DNA of 47,670 nucleotides from a virus (Duplodnaviria; Heunggongvirae; Uroviricota; Caudoviricetes): IMG/VR virus record IMGVR_UViG_2627853701_000003; one strand, 5' to 3'. Shown piece by piece: positions 18,466 to 27,653 of this stretch (position 1 is its first letter; each line of letters starts with the position of its first letter). The notes under the pieces were generated by a model. It saw only the letters and a program-made list of their open reading frames with translations, ran no database searches and was not told where the DNA came from. The position numbers and the translations under genes were made by a program.

Positions 18466-18921
18466 GTGAACCTCTCACAAGACGGCATCAAATTACATCG
18501 CGGCAACTTCACCGCTATCGGTCGGCAGATCCAGCCTTATCTGGAGGAGGGCAAATGCTTTCGCATGGTGCTTAAACCGTGGCGTGAGAAACGCAGTCTT
18601 TCCCAGAATGCACTCAGCCACATGTGGTACAGCGAAATCAGTGAATACCTCATCAGCAGGGGTAAAACGTTCGCCACTCCAGCTTGGGTAAAAGATGCTC
18701 TCAAACACACATATCTCGGTTATGAAACCAAAGACCTGGTTGATGTCGTAACCGGTGATATCACCACTATCCAGTCGTTACGCCATACCTCCGATCTTGA
18801 TACCGGAGAGATGTATGTCTTCCTGTGTAAGGTTGAAGCCTGGGCGATGAATATTGGTTGCCATCTGACTATTCCGCAGAGCTGCGAGTTCCAGCAGCTC
18901 CGTGACAAGCAGGAGGCGTAA
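18466..18921 (+). CDS. ybcN: YbcN-like nin-region protein
   Basis: 151-aa ORF (GTG start) matching my recollection of DLP12 YbcN; TAATG stop-start overlap with ninE. Confidence 0.7.
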
Positions 18922-19091
18922 TGGCTACACCGCTTATTCGTGTCATGAACGGACACATCTACAGAGTATCAAATCGTCGTAAGCGTAAGCCTGAGCTGAA
19001 GCCATCCGAAATACCAACACTGCTCGGATATACCGCTAGCCTGGTTGATAAAAAATGGTTGCGACTGGCAGCAAGGAGGAATCATGGCTGA
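18921..19091 (+). CDS. ninE: NinE
   Basis: 56-codon [59 protein letters not shown]; below the ORF-track cutoff, found by reading; overlaps neighbours. Confidence 0.65.
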   Translation: MATPLIRVMNGHIYRVSNRRKRKPELKPSEIPTLLGYTASLVDKKWLRLAARRNHG

Positions 19092-19374
19092 TTTGAGAAA
19101 AGCAGCGCGTGGTCGGGAATGCCAGGTAAGAATCCCTGGCGTATGTAATGGCAATTCTGAAACGTCTGTACTGGCACATATCCGGCTGGCTGGATTGTGC
19201 GGTACCGGTATCAAACCGCCAGACCTGATTGCCACCATTGCATGTTCTGCCTGCCACGACGAAATCGACCGCCGCACACATTTTGTCGATGCTGCATATG
19301 CAAAAGAATGCGCGCTGGAAGGTATGGCGAGAACACAGGTTATCTGGCTGAAAGAGGGGGTTATTAAGGCGTGA
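19084..19374 (+). CDS. ybcO: YbcO-like (DUF1364) putative nuclease
   Basis: From ATG 19084: [48 protein letters not shown]; the track ORF starts earlier at 19045 on a non-ATG codon. Confidence 0.7.
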   Translation: MADLRKAARGRECQVRIPGVCNGNSETSVLAHIRLAGLCGTGIKPPDLIATIACSACHDEIDRRTHFVDAAYAKECALEGMARTQVIWLKEGVIKA

Positions 19375-19733
19375 ATACCTACAGTATCACATTACCCTGG
19401 CCTCCGAGCAATAATCGCTATTACCGCCATAATCGCGGGCGCACGCACGTCAGTGCAGAGGGGCAGGCATACCGCGATAACGTCGCCCGAATCATTAAAA
19501 ACGCAATGCTGGATATCGGCCTGGCTATGCCTGTGAAAATCCGCATTGAGTGCCACATGCCGGATCGCCGTCGCCGTGACCTGGATAATCTGCAAAAAGC
19601 CGCTTTTGACGCACTCACTAAAGCAGGTTTCTGGCTGGATGATGCTCAGGTCGTTGATTACCGCGTTGTGAAGATGCCTGTTACCAAAGGTGGGAGGCTG
19701 GAACTGACCATCACCGAAATGGGGAATGAATGA
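19371..19733 (+). CDS. rusA: Holliday-junction resolvase RusA
   Basis: 120-aa product [45 protein letters not shown]... matches E. coli RusA; GTG start. Confidence 0.9.
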   Translation: MNTYSITLPWPPSNNRYYRHNRGRTHVSAEGQAYRDNVARIIKNAMLDIGLAMPVKIRIECHMPDRRRRDLDNLQKAAFDALTKAGFWLDDAQVVDYRVVKMPVTKGGRLELTITEMGNE

Positions 19734-19870
19734 TGTTTGAGTTTAATATGGCAGAACTTCTTCGCCACCGCTGGGGGCGTCTGCGCTTATATCGTTTCCC
19801 CGGTTCTGTTTTGACCGATTACCGAATACTGAAGAATTACGCCAAAACCCTGACAGGAGCAGGAGTATGA
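19730..19870 (+). CDS. ylcG: YlcG-like small protein
   Basis: 46-codon [49 protein letters not shown] overlapping the rusA stop. Confidence 0.5.
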   Translation: MMFEFNMAELLRHRWGRLRLYRFPGSVLTDYRILKNYAKTLTGAGV

Positions 19871-19955
19871 AGTCAGAGATAACAATCAACTAATACTGTT
19901 TTGTTGATTTTTGCTTGTAATTGGCGTTCTGGTCTGATTTTTGTGGAGTAAGTTG

Positions 19956-20390
19956 ATGCGTGATATTCAGATGGTTCTTGAGCGTTGGGGAGCGTGGGCG
20001 GCTAATAATCATGAAGATGTGACCTGGTCGTCCATTGCCGCCGGTTTTAAGGGACTGATCCCCGAAAAAGTAAAATCACGCCCGCAGTGCTGTGACGATG
20101 ATGCGATGGTGATATGCGGGTGTATAGCCCGCCTTTACCGGAACAATCGCGATCTGCATGACTTGCTGGTTGATTATTACGTGTTGGGGGAGACGTTCAT
20201 GGCGCTGGCACGGAAACATGGGTGCTCTGACACCTGTATAGGTAAACGCCTTCACAAAGCGGAGGGGATTGTTGAAGGCATGCTGATGATGCTGGGAGTG
20301 AGGCTTGAGATGGATCGGTATGTTGAGCGTGAATTGCCGGGAGGGAGAACCTCTGTATTTTATCAGCGAAAAAATAGTTTACGATCGTAA
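19956..20390 (+). CDS. late-gene antiterminator Q
   Basis: From ATG 19956: [56 protein letters not shown]..., recalled as a QuuD-type Q; the track ORF starts at TTG 19941. Confidence 0.8.
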   Translation: MRDIQMVLERWGAWAANNHEDVTWSSIAAGFKGLIPEKVKSRPQCCDDDAMVICGCIARLYRNNRDLHDLLVDYYVLGETFMALARKHGCSDTCIGKRLHKAEGIVEGMLMMLGVRLEMDRYVERELPGGRTSVFYQRKNSLRS

Positions 20391-20439
20391 AAATCTGCAT
20401 ATCATGATAAGAGTGGTTACATTGCCACGCTGCTTATTA

Positions 20440-20463
20440 ACCCGCCGATGCGCGGGTTTTTTT
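20440..20463 (+). terminator. rho-independent terminator about 50 nt downstream of Q (tR'-like candidate)
   Basis: Hairpin CCCGC-cgatgc-GCGGG followed by seven T. Confidence 0.55.
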
Positions 20464-20643
20464 GTACCCAGAATCCTGTGAGCTATACGGAAAGTACACA
20501 GAAAGGAAGGTGCGACCACAATTAATAACAAAATCTTAAAAATTGCACATGGCACTATTAGTTTTCTAAATATTGTGTATTTTTTGTATTGCAGGATGAC
20601 CCTGTAACGAAGTTTGCGTAACAGCATTTTGCTCTACGAGTTT

Positions 20644-20672
20644 GCCAGCCTCCCCCAGTGGCTGGCTTTTTT
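20644..20672 (+). terminator. rho-independent terminator
   Basis: Hairpin GCCAGCC-tcccccagt-GGCTGGC followed by TTTTTT. Confidence 0.55.
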
Positions 20673-20685
20673 ATGTCCGTAGCGT

Positions 20686-20794
20686 CAAAGCAGCAATGTC
20701 GCTGGGGCGTCGTGCAATTGGCGTTGAGCTGGAGACTGAACGTTTTGAGCAGACGGTCAGGGAAGTTCAGGATTTAGTCAGTCAGAACGGATGA
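20686..20794 (+). pseudogene. C-terminal remnant of a DNA methyltransferase
   Basis: Frame encodes ...AAMSLGRRAIGVELETERFEQTVREVQDLVSQNG*, resembling the C-terminal tail of N6/N4 DNA methylases; no N-terminal body present. Confidence 0.4.
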
Positions 20795-20834
20795 TATTGC
20801 AGGATTAGTTACGTACCGTTATTATCCTGCGCCC

Positions 20835-20910
20835 GGCCCTTTAGCTCAGTGGTGAGAGCGAGCGACTCATAATCGCCAGGTCGCTGGTTCAAATCCAGCA
20901 AGGGCCACCA
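20835..20910 (+). tRNA. ileZ: tRNA with anticodon CAT (Ile2/Met type, ileZ-like)
   Basis: Cloverleaf GGCCCTT..GCTCAGTGGTGAGAGC..anticodon loop CTCATAA..GGTTCAAATCC..AAGGGCC-A-CCA; near-identical in layout to E. coli ileX. Confidence 0.85.
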
Positions 20911-20919
20911 TATCACATA

Positions 20920-20996
20920 CCGCCATTAGCTCATCAGGACAGAGCGCCAGCCTTCGAAGCTGGTTGCGCGGGGTTCGGGTCCCCGATGGCGGTCCA
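20920..20996 (+). tRNA. argN: tRNA-Arg (anticodon TCG), argN-like
   Basis: Acceptor CCGCCAT/ATGGCGG, anticodon loop CTTCGAA, T-loop GGTTCGGGTCC, encoded CCA. Confidence 0.75.
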
Positions 20997-21009
20997 TTAT
21001 CGGTATTCA

Positions 21010-21086
21010 GCGTTGTTAGCTCAGCCGGACAGAGCAATTGCCTTCTAAGCAATCGGTCACTGGTCCGAATCCAGTACAACGCGCCA
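21010..21086 (+). tRNA. argO: tRNA-Arg (anticodon TCT), argO-like
   Basis: Acceptor GCGTTGT/ACAACGC, anticodon loop CTTCTAA, T-loop GGTCCGAATCC, encoded CCA. Confidence 0.8.
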
Positions 21087-21358
21087 CACCACACTTATCT
21101 GCCCTGACTCTCTTTTGCGGGCTTTTTATTACAGGAAAGACACCGGACAGTGAAATGTTAAATGCCTCACAATTCAGGCAGTTGAATGTTGCCTGACATG
21201 CTGAGCGTTTGTTAAAAAAATTTCGCATGGTGAATCCCCCTGTGCGGAGGGGCAATCAGCAACCAGGTATATGTGATAATCGCGGATTCAGGTGCTGATA
21301 CTGAATTCACCGGGAGGCACCCGGCACCATGCAAGAAAAAGAATGTGCATGCAAACAT

Positions 21359-21382
21359 GCCCCTCTCCGGAGGGGCTTTTTT
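21359..21382 (+). terminator. rho-independent terminator
   Basis: Hairpin GCCCCTC-tccg-GAGGGGC followed by TTTTTT. Confidence 0.6.
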
Positions 21383-21597
21383 ATGGGTAAAAAATGCCCG
21401 AATGGGTTCGGGCAATAGCATGAGATACTGATATTGTTGTGTTGTTATCGTGTGGATTTTAACCAGGGTTTATCAGGCTGCGCAACTGCGTGGCCTTTTT
21501 TCATTTCTTGGGCTGTAGTCCCCGTGTGTCATTCAGGCTTCCGGACTACAGCCCACTCCATATCTGATTTAATACACTATCCCGGCCGGGAGGAATA

Positions 21598-23543
21598 ATG
21601 ACATTTAAACATTATGATGTTGTCAGGGCGGCGTCGCCGTCAGACCTTGCTGATGCACTTGCGCAAAAAATTCGTGAAGGATGGCAACCATACGGTGGGC
21701 CGTTTTCTTCGTATACGGATGATGGCGCAGCACTTATTCAGGCGATTGTCGCAGAAGGTGATGTGAGCACACCTGTTGTGGTGAAGCTGACAGGTGGAGA
21801 AGGTGCAGTAATCAGCGCCACCAGAGACCCGGAGTATTACTTTATTGTGGTTCTGGCGGGGCAGTCAAACAGCATGGCATATGGTGAAGGCCTTCCGCTG
21901 CCGGAGACATATGACCGTCCGGACCCGCGTATTAAGCAGCTGGCGCGCCGCAGTACGGTGACACCGGGCGGTGTCGCCTGTAAATATAACGACATCATTC
22001 CGGCGGACCATTGTCTGCATGATGTGCAGGACATGAGCCGCCTTAACCATCCGAAAGCGGACCTGTCAAAGGGGCAGTACGGAACCGTGGGGCAGGGGCT
22101 GCATATCGCCAAAAAATTGCTGCCGTTTATACCGGCGAATGCGGGCATTCTGCTGGTTCCGTGCTGTCGTGGTGGTTCAGCGTTCACCACCGGAGCTGAT
22201 GGCACATACAGTGACGCGAGTGGTGCTTCGGAGAATTCAACCGCTGGGGTGTGGACAAGCCGCTGTATAAGGACCTTATCGGTCGAACAAAAGCAGCACT
22301 GAAGAAGAACCCGAAAAATGTGCTGTTTGCCGTGGTGTGGATGCAGGGGGAATTTGATTTTGGCGGTACGCCGGCAAATCACGCAGCACAGTTTGGTGCG
22401 CTGGTTGATAAATTCCGTGCAGACCTGGCGGATATGGCAGGTCAGTGCGTCGGTGGCTCTGCTGACGGTGTTCCCTGGATATGCGGGGACACGACGTATT
22501 TCTGGAAGCAGAAGAACGAAGCCACCTACCAGACGGTGTACGGCAGCTACAAAAACAAAACGGAAAAAAATATCCATTTCGTACCGTTCATGACGGATGA
22601 GAACGGGGTGAATGTGCCGACGAACAAACCGGAAGAAGACCCGGACATTCCGGGTATCGGATATTACGGTTCGAAATGGCGTGACAGCTCAGCCACCTGG
22701 ACGTCACAGGACAGGGCGAGCCATTTCAGTTCATGGGCTCGCCGCGGGATTATTTCCGACCGTCTGGCAACGGCGATTTTGCGCCATGCGGGAAGAGTGG
22801 CGCTAAACGCGGGGGCATCATCGACAGTATCAGAGGTGCGCCCGTCATCGCCTTCCGGTGCAGAAGCCACAGGCGTCACAACACTGCTCTCTTACCTTGC
22901 CAGCGAGTCAGAGGGAAGCCTGAAAGTACAGGGATGGTCAGCCAGTGGCGGCAGGGCAGAAGTGGTCAGCGATGCGGAGGGAACCGGAGGTAAGGCAGTG
23001 AAGCTGACCAAGGAAGCCGGTAAAAGCAGCTGGGTGCTGGAGTACGCCGCGGGCAACGGTGCGGCTCTGTTACAGAAAGGGGGGCAGATTCGCTGCCGCT
23101 TTAAGGTTTCGGGAGCGCTGGCTGCGAACCAGTATGTTATGGCGTTTTACTGGCCGGTATCTTCACTGCCACAGGGCGTTGCCCTGACCGGAGACGGGGG
23201 GAATAACCTGCTGGCAGCGTTCTACATCCAGACAGATGCAAAAGACCTGAATGTGATGTACCACAATGCGAAAGTGGCGACAAACAACCTGAAACTGGGA
23301 ACCTTTGGCGCATTTGATAACGAATGGCATACGCTGGCTTTCCGCTTTGCCGGGAATAACAGCCTGCAGGTGACGCCGGTTATTGATGGTCAGGATGGCA
23401 CACCGTTCACGCTGACGCAGTCACCGGTCAGTGCCTTTGCGGCGGATAAACTGCATGTGACAGACATTACCAGAGGTGCGACTTACCCGGTACTGATAGA
23501 CAGCATTGCGGTGGAAGTGAACAGCACAGACACTGCGGCATGA
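21598..23543 (+). pseudogene. Stx-phage NanS-p-like SGNH/SASA esterase, frameshifted
   Basis: Two overlapping ORFs (21598-22302 and 22251-23543) together encode about 650 aa with the esterase motif YYFIVVLAGQSNSMAYGEG; frame change near 22250; position downstream of the Q-tRNA module. Confidence 0.6.
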
Positions 23544-23677
23544 TAAAAAAACCGCCAGCGACAGGAATGGACGCTGGCGGTGGTGATACCTATGGAGAAA
23601 AAATAAAGGAACGATACTTTCGTACTCTGGTTTTTAATGAAAACAGTTCTTATTGTCAACAATAACGGAAAGAAATT

Positions 23678-23857
23678 ATGACATTTCTGAACCAGTTAAT
23701 GCTGTACTTCTGTACGGTGGTCTGTGTGCTGTATCTCCTTTCGGGTGGATACCGGGCCATGCGTGACTTCTGGCGCAGACAGATTGACAAAAGGGCCGCT
23801 GAGAAAATCAGCGCCAGTCAGTCAGCCGGAAGCAAACCCGAAGAGCCGCTCATTTAG
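23678..23857 (+). CDS. small membrane protein (59 aa)
   Basis: MTFLNQLMLYFCTVVCVLYLLSGGYRAMRDFWRRQ...; one hydrophobic helix then a charged tail; below the track cutoff. Confidence 0.3.
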   Translation: MTFLNQLMLYFCTVVCVLYLLSGGYRAMRDFWRRQIDKRAAEKISASQSAGSKPEEPLI

Positions 23858-23897
23858 CGGCAACTTTCTTAATCACACCTTTCGACGAGAAAATCCC

Positions 23898-24143
23898 ATG
23901 TCAGAAATTACATCCCTGGTCACTGCTGAAGCAGTGAAGGAAGTCCTGCGCTCTGAAGAAGTCCGGAGCGCACTGAAACAGAAACTTCGCCATAACCTGG
24001 AAGCGCGTCTTGATGCAGAAGTGGATGCCATTCTGGATGAACTGCTGGGCGCACCGGCAGCTCCGGAGCCGGAAGGCATCGCGGGTGAGGGGAGTGCTTC
24101 AGATAGCGGTGACCCCACACCGGACAGCGACATGATGATGTAA
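23898..24143 (+). CDS. small acidic hypothetical protein
   Basis: 81 aa from ATG 23898 ([28 protein letters not shown]...); the track ORF starts earlier. Confidence 0.35.
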   Translation: MSEITSLVTAEAVKEVLRSEEVRSALKQKLRHNLEARLDAEVDAILDELLGAPAAPEPEGIAGEGSASDSGDPTPDSDMMM

Positions 24144-24220
24144 GCATGCGTCAGGGACCATCGGTGTGTGCCGGTGGTCTTTTTTATTGTTGTGAGCTTC
24201 CGGATTGCGGGAGACGGGGT

Positions 24221-24436
24221 ATGTACCAGATGGAAAAAATCACAACAGGTGTGTCATACACCACGTCAGCGGTGGGAACGGGCTACTGGTTCCTGCAGTT
24301 GCTGGACAGGGTTTCCCCGTCTCAGTGGGCGGCAATAGGCGTGCTGGGGAGTCTGCTGTTTGGTCTGCTGACGTACCTGACGAACCTGTATTTCAAAATC
24401 AGAGAAGACCGGCGTAAGGCGGCACGGGGAGAGTAA
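24221..24436 (+). CDS. holin
   Basis: 71 aa [71 protein letters not shown]: two hydrophobic segments and a charged C-terminus; resembles Stx2-phage S holin as recalled. Confidence 0.75.
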   Translation: MYQMEKITTGVSYTTSAVGTGYWFLQLLDRVSPSQWAAIGVLGSLLFGLLTYLTNLYFKIREDRRKAARGE

Positions 24437-24440
24437 GGTG

Positions 24441-24998
24441 ATGAACCATGAAGAAATGAATCAGCGCTTCAGTCGTCTGGAAAATGAAATTGCTGAACTG
24501 AATAAAAAACTGTCGGCGCTGATGCCTTCTGAAGATGAAAAAAAACGCCGCGATGAGCAGTTTGCTGCGTTTGACGATTATTGTCGGAAAGTGATGAGCA
24601 GAAATCTCGCAGAGTGTTTCAGTATTCATAATGATAATTGCAGTGAGCTGGAATGGGAGTGTAACCGGCCATCCTTTGTTGTATCCGGTGATGACGGGAA
24701 AATCACCATATCAGAAAATGGAAAAGTAACACTGCCATCGCACCAGCACAGTGAGACGCTCATTGAATTTGCCATTGATTACCTGAAGAACAATAAAAAA
24801 CAGGGGCTGATGCAGCGCATTGGTCGTTGCATGGGGTATCTGCAGGTAGCCGCTGAGATTGAAGCGCTGGCCAGTGGTGCTGATAAGGATGCAATTGTGC
24901 GGGAGGCTCTTCTTCGTAATTTTAATACTCCACCCTTTAAAAAAGTGCCGGCTTACTGGCTTCATCCCGGACTGACTTATCTGAAAGTGCGTATTTAG
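24441..24998 (+). CDS. hypothetical protein inserted between holin and endolysin
   Basis: 185 aa from ATG 24441 (AAGGTG Shine-Dalgarno), 4 nt after the holin stop; no recognisable family. Confidence 0.45.
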   Translation: MNHEEMNQRFSRLENEIAELNKKLSALMPSEDEKKRRDEQFAAFDDYCRKVMSRNLAECFSIHNDNCSELEWECNRPSFVVSGDDGKITISENGKVTLPSHQHSETLIEFAIDYLKNNKKQGLMQRIGRCMGYLQVAAEIEALASGADKDAIVREALLRNFNTPPFKKVPAYWLHPGLTYLKVRI

Positions 24999-25032
24999 TG
25001 GGCCTGGGACAGCGGCTGAATATTTAATATAT

Positions 25033-25480
25033 CCATGAACACAAAAATCAAAAATACGGCCTGTCGGCTGCCGTTCTGGCGCTGATTGCCGCAGGTGCTT
25101 CTGCGCCTGAAATCCTCGACCAGTTTCTGGATGAAAAGGAAGGTAACCACACCACAGCATACCGTGATGGTGCGGGTATCTGGACCATCTGCCGTGGAGC
25201 CACCCGGTGGATGGTAAGCCTGTTATTCCTGGCATGAAGCTGTCGAAGGAAAAATGCGACCGGGTTAACGCCATTGAGCGTGATAAGGCGCTGGCATGGG
25301 TGGAGAAAAACATTAAAGTGCCGCTGACCGAACCCCAGAAAGCGGGGATCGCGTCATTCTGTCCGTACAACATTGGTCCCGGTAAGTGTTTCCCGTCGAC
25401 GTTTTATAAACGAATTAATGCAGGCGACCGCAGGGGAGCGTGGAAGCGATTCGCTGCTGGGTTAAGGGAGCAGGCGGAGA
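25033..25480 (+). pseudogene. R: endolysin R (lysozyme), multiply frameshifted and 3'-truncated
   Basis: Starts MNTKI; the lysozyme frame (YGLSAAVLALIAAGASAPEILDQFLDEKEGNHTTAYRDGAGIWTICRGATR / DGKPVIPGMKLSKEKCDRVNAIERDKALAWVEKNIKVPLTEPQKAGIASFCPYNIGPGKCFPSTFYKRINAGDRRGA) is spread over three frames and ends at the duplication junction. Confidence 0.75.
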
Positions 25481-27653
25481 AAAAATACACCGGCCCATAT
25501 TTATGCCGGAAACGGCAATTTTGTGGGGGACGGGATCCGCCAGGCGATGCTGGCCCGTGCCGGATTTGAAAATGTCGAGAAGGATAACGCCTATAACGGG
25601 ATGACCCTGCGTGAATGGGCTCGCATGTCACTGACGGAGCGCGGTATTGGGGTGGCCAGTTATAACCCCATGCAGATGGTCGGGCTGGCGCTGACGCACA
25701 GCACCTCTGATTTTGGCAATATTCTGCTGGATGTGTCGAACAAGGGGCTGATCCAGGGCTGGGAGGAATCAGAAGAAACCTTCCAGAAGTGGACCCGTAA
25801 GGGACGCCTGTCAGACTTCAAAACAGCGTATCGCGTGGGGATGGGCGGTTTTGGTTCTCTGCGCCAGGTTCGTGAGGGGGCGGAGTATAAATACATCACC
25901 ACCTCAGATCGCAAGGAGACCATTGCACTGGCCACTTACGGGGAGATTTTCTCCATCACCCGCCAGGCCATTATCAATGATGATCTGAATATGCTGGTGG
26001 ACGTGCCGATGAAGATGGGGCGTGCGGCGAAGGCAACGATTGGTGACCTGGTCTACAAGGTGCTGACGGATAACCCGAAACTGTCCGACGGTAAGGCGCT
26101 GTTCCATGCCGATCACAAAAATATTGCCACCGGGGGGGATCTCCGTTTCCGGACTGGATGCGGCCCGTCAGATGATGCGCCTGCAGAAAGAAGGCGATCG
26201 TGCCCTGAATATCCGTCCGGCCTTTATGCTGGTACCGGTGGCACTGGAGACGGTGGCGAACCAGACCATCAAATCGGCCAGTGTGAAAGGGGCGGATGCA
26301 AACGCCGGTGTCATTAACCCTATCCAGAACTTTGCTGAGGTGATTGCAGAAGCGCGTCTTGATGCGGCAGACCCGAAAACCTGGTATCTGGCGGCGGCAC
26401 AGGGCACTGACACCATTGAAGTGGCCTGGCTGGATGGTGTGGACACGCCATACATTGATCAGCAGGAAGGTTTCACCACTGACGGCATTGCCACAAAAAT
26501 CCGTATTGATGCCGGAGTGGCACCACTTGACTGGCGCGGGCTGGTGCGTTCGTCGGTGGCCTGATAACCGCGTTATCACAATCACTGCCCGAAAGGGCTT
26601 TTTTTATGCCTGAAAAACAGCCCCACAGGGGCTGTCCGGAGAAACAGCATTATGGCGAAAAATTTTGTACAGGACGGTACCACCATTGAACTGGTGAATG
26701 CCGGAGATCAGACCATCCTGAGCGGTGCTGCGGTGGTGGTCGGCAGTATGGTGGCCGTGGCCATTACCGATATTCCTGCCGGTGAGGCCGGTGACGGTTT
26801 TGCCGAAGGCGTGTTCCTGCTGCCCAAACAGTCTGCTGACGACATTCAGTCCGGCGCGGTGGTTTATCTGAAGGACGGGGTTGTGCAGCTGGCTGCAGAC
26901 GGTGCGGTGGCAGCGGGGGTAGCCTGGGAAAATGCCCCTGCAAACAGCGCCACTGTGGCGGTAAAAATCAATGTCTGATCTGTTTACGCGAATGTGTTGC
27001 CGGATGGACGTGGCGACCGTTCGGGTGATGGGCAAACAGGCGGAGATTAACGGCGTCGTGTACGACGTGATGCCGGAGGAAGAGTCCGCGGAGATGGGGG
27101 CGCTTTCGGGCAGCCAGTTGTCACTGGTGGTGTTTTCAGCCCGGTACCGTCCGGCCCGTCATGATGTTGTTGTGTTTGCGGGGCGCACACTGACGGTGAC
27201 CCGTTATGACACGTACAACGGTAAACCCCGGATTTTTGTCGAACAGGAATGAGTATGGCAATAAAAGGTCTGGCGCAGGCCATGAAAAATCTGGATGCAA
27301 TTGATCGCCGTGCCGTTCCCCGGGCCTCTGCCACGACACTGAACCGAGTGGCGGGGGCCATTATTGCGAAAACGGCCTCTTCAGTTGCCAGGGAGCTGGC
27401 CGTTCCCCGTCGTCTTATCCGTGCCCGCATCCGGTTAAGTCCGGCACGACCGGATAAGGTTTACGCAAAGGTTTACATCAATACCGGCAACCTGCCCGCC
27501 ATCAAACTGGGGGAGGCCCGCGTTCGACTTTCCCGCAGAAAACGGAGAAAGAAAGGACAGCGTGCGGCCCTGAAAGGGGGCGGCAGTGTGCTGATTGTGG
27601 GGAAAAGACGGATCCCGGACGCCTTTATCACCCGGCTGGCTAACGGACGCTGG
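25481..27653 (+). repeat. copy 1 of a 2.17-kb direct repeat (capsid 3' half, DUF2190-like gene, FII-like gene, 5' part of Z); copy 2 is 31644-33815
   Basis: Near-identical to 31644-33815 (one extra G in a G-run at about 26132-26138 and one substitution seen); the ORF track shows identical proteins at 26652-26978/32814-33140 and 26971-27252/33133-33414. Confidence 0.9.

Noticed and set aside
20867-21094. 75-aa minus-strand ORF
   Set aside because: Lies exactly antisense to the three tRNA genes; an artefact of the structured tRNA sequence.
21087-21597. Shiga-toxin genes downstream of the tRNA module
   Set aside because: Only about 510 bp of non-coding DNA lies between the tRNA genes and the esterase; no stxA/stxB-like frame is present.
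21865-22577. 246-aa and 61-aa minus-strand ORFs
   Set aside because: Antisense to the nanS-p-like esterase frames, with no independent support.
26652-27252. Treating the upstream copies of the DUF2190-like and FII-like ORFs as independent functional genes
   Set aside because: They lie inside the 2.17-kb duplicate flanked by broken genes on both sides; most likely passenger copies or an assembly artefact.
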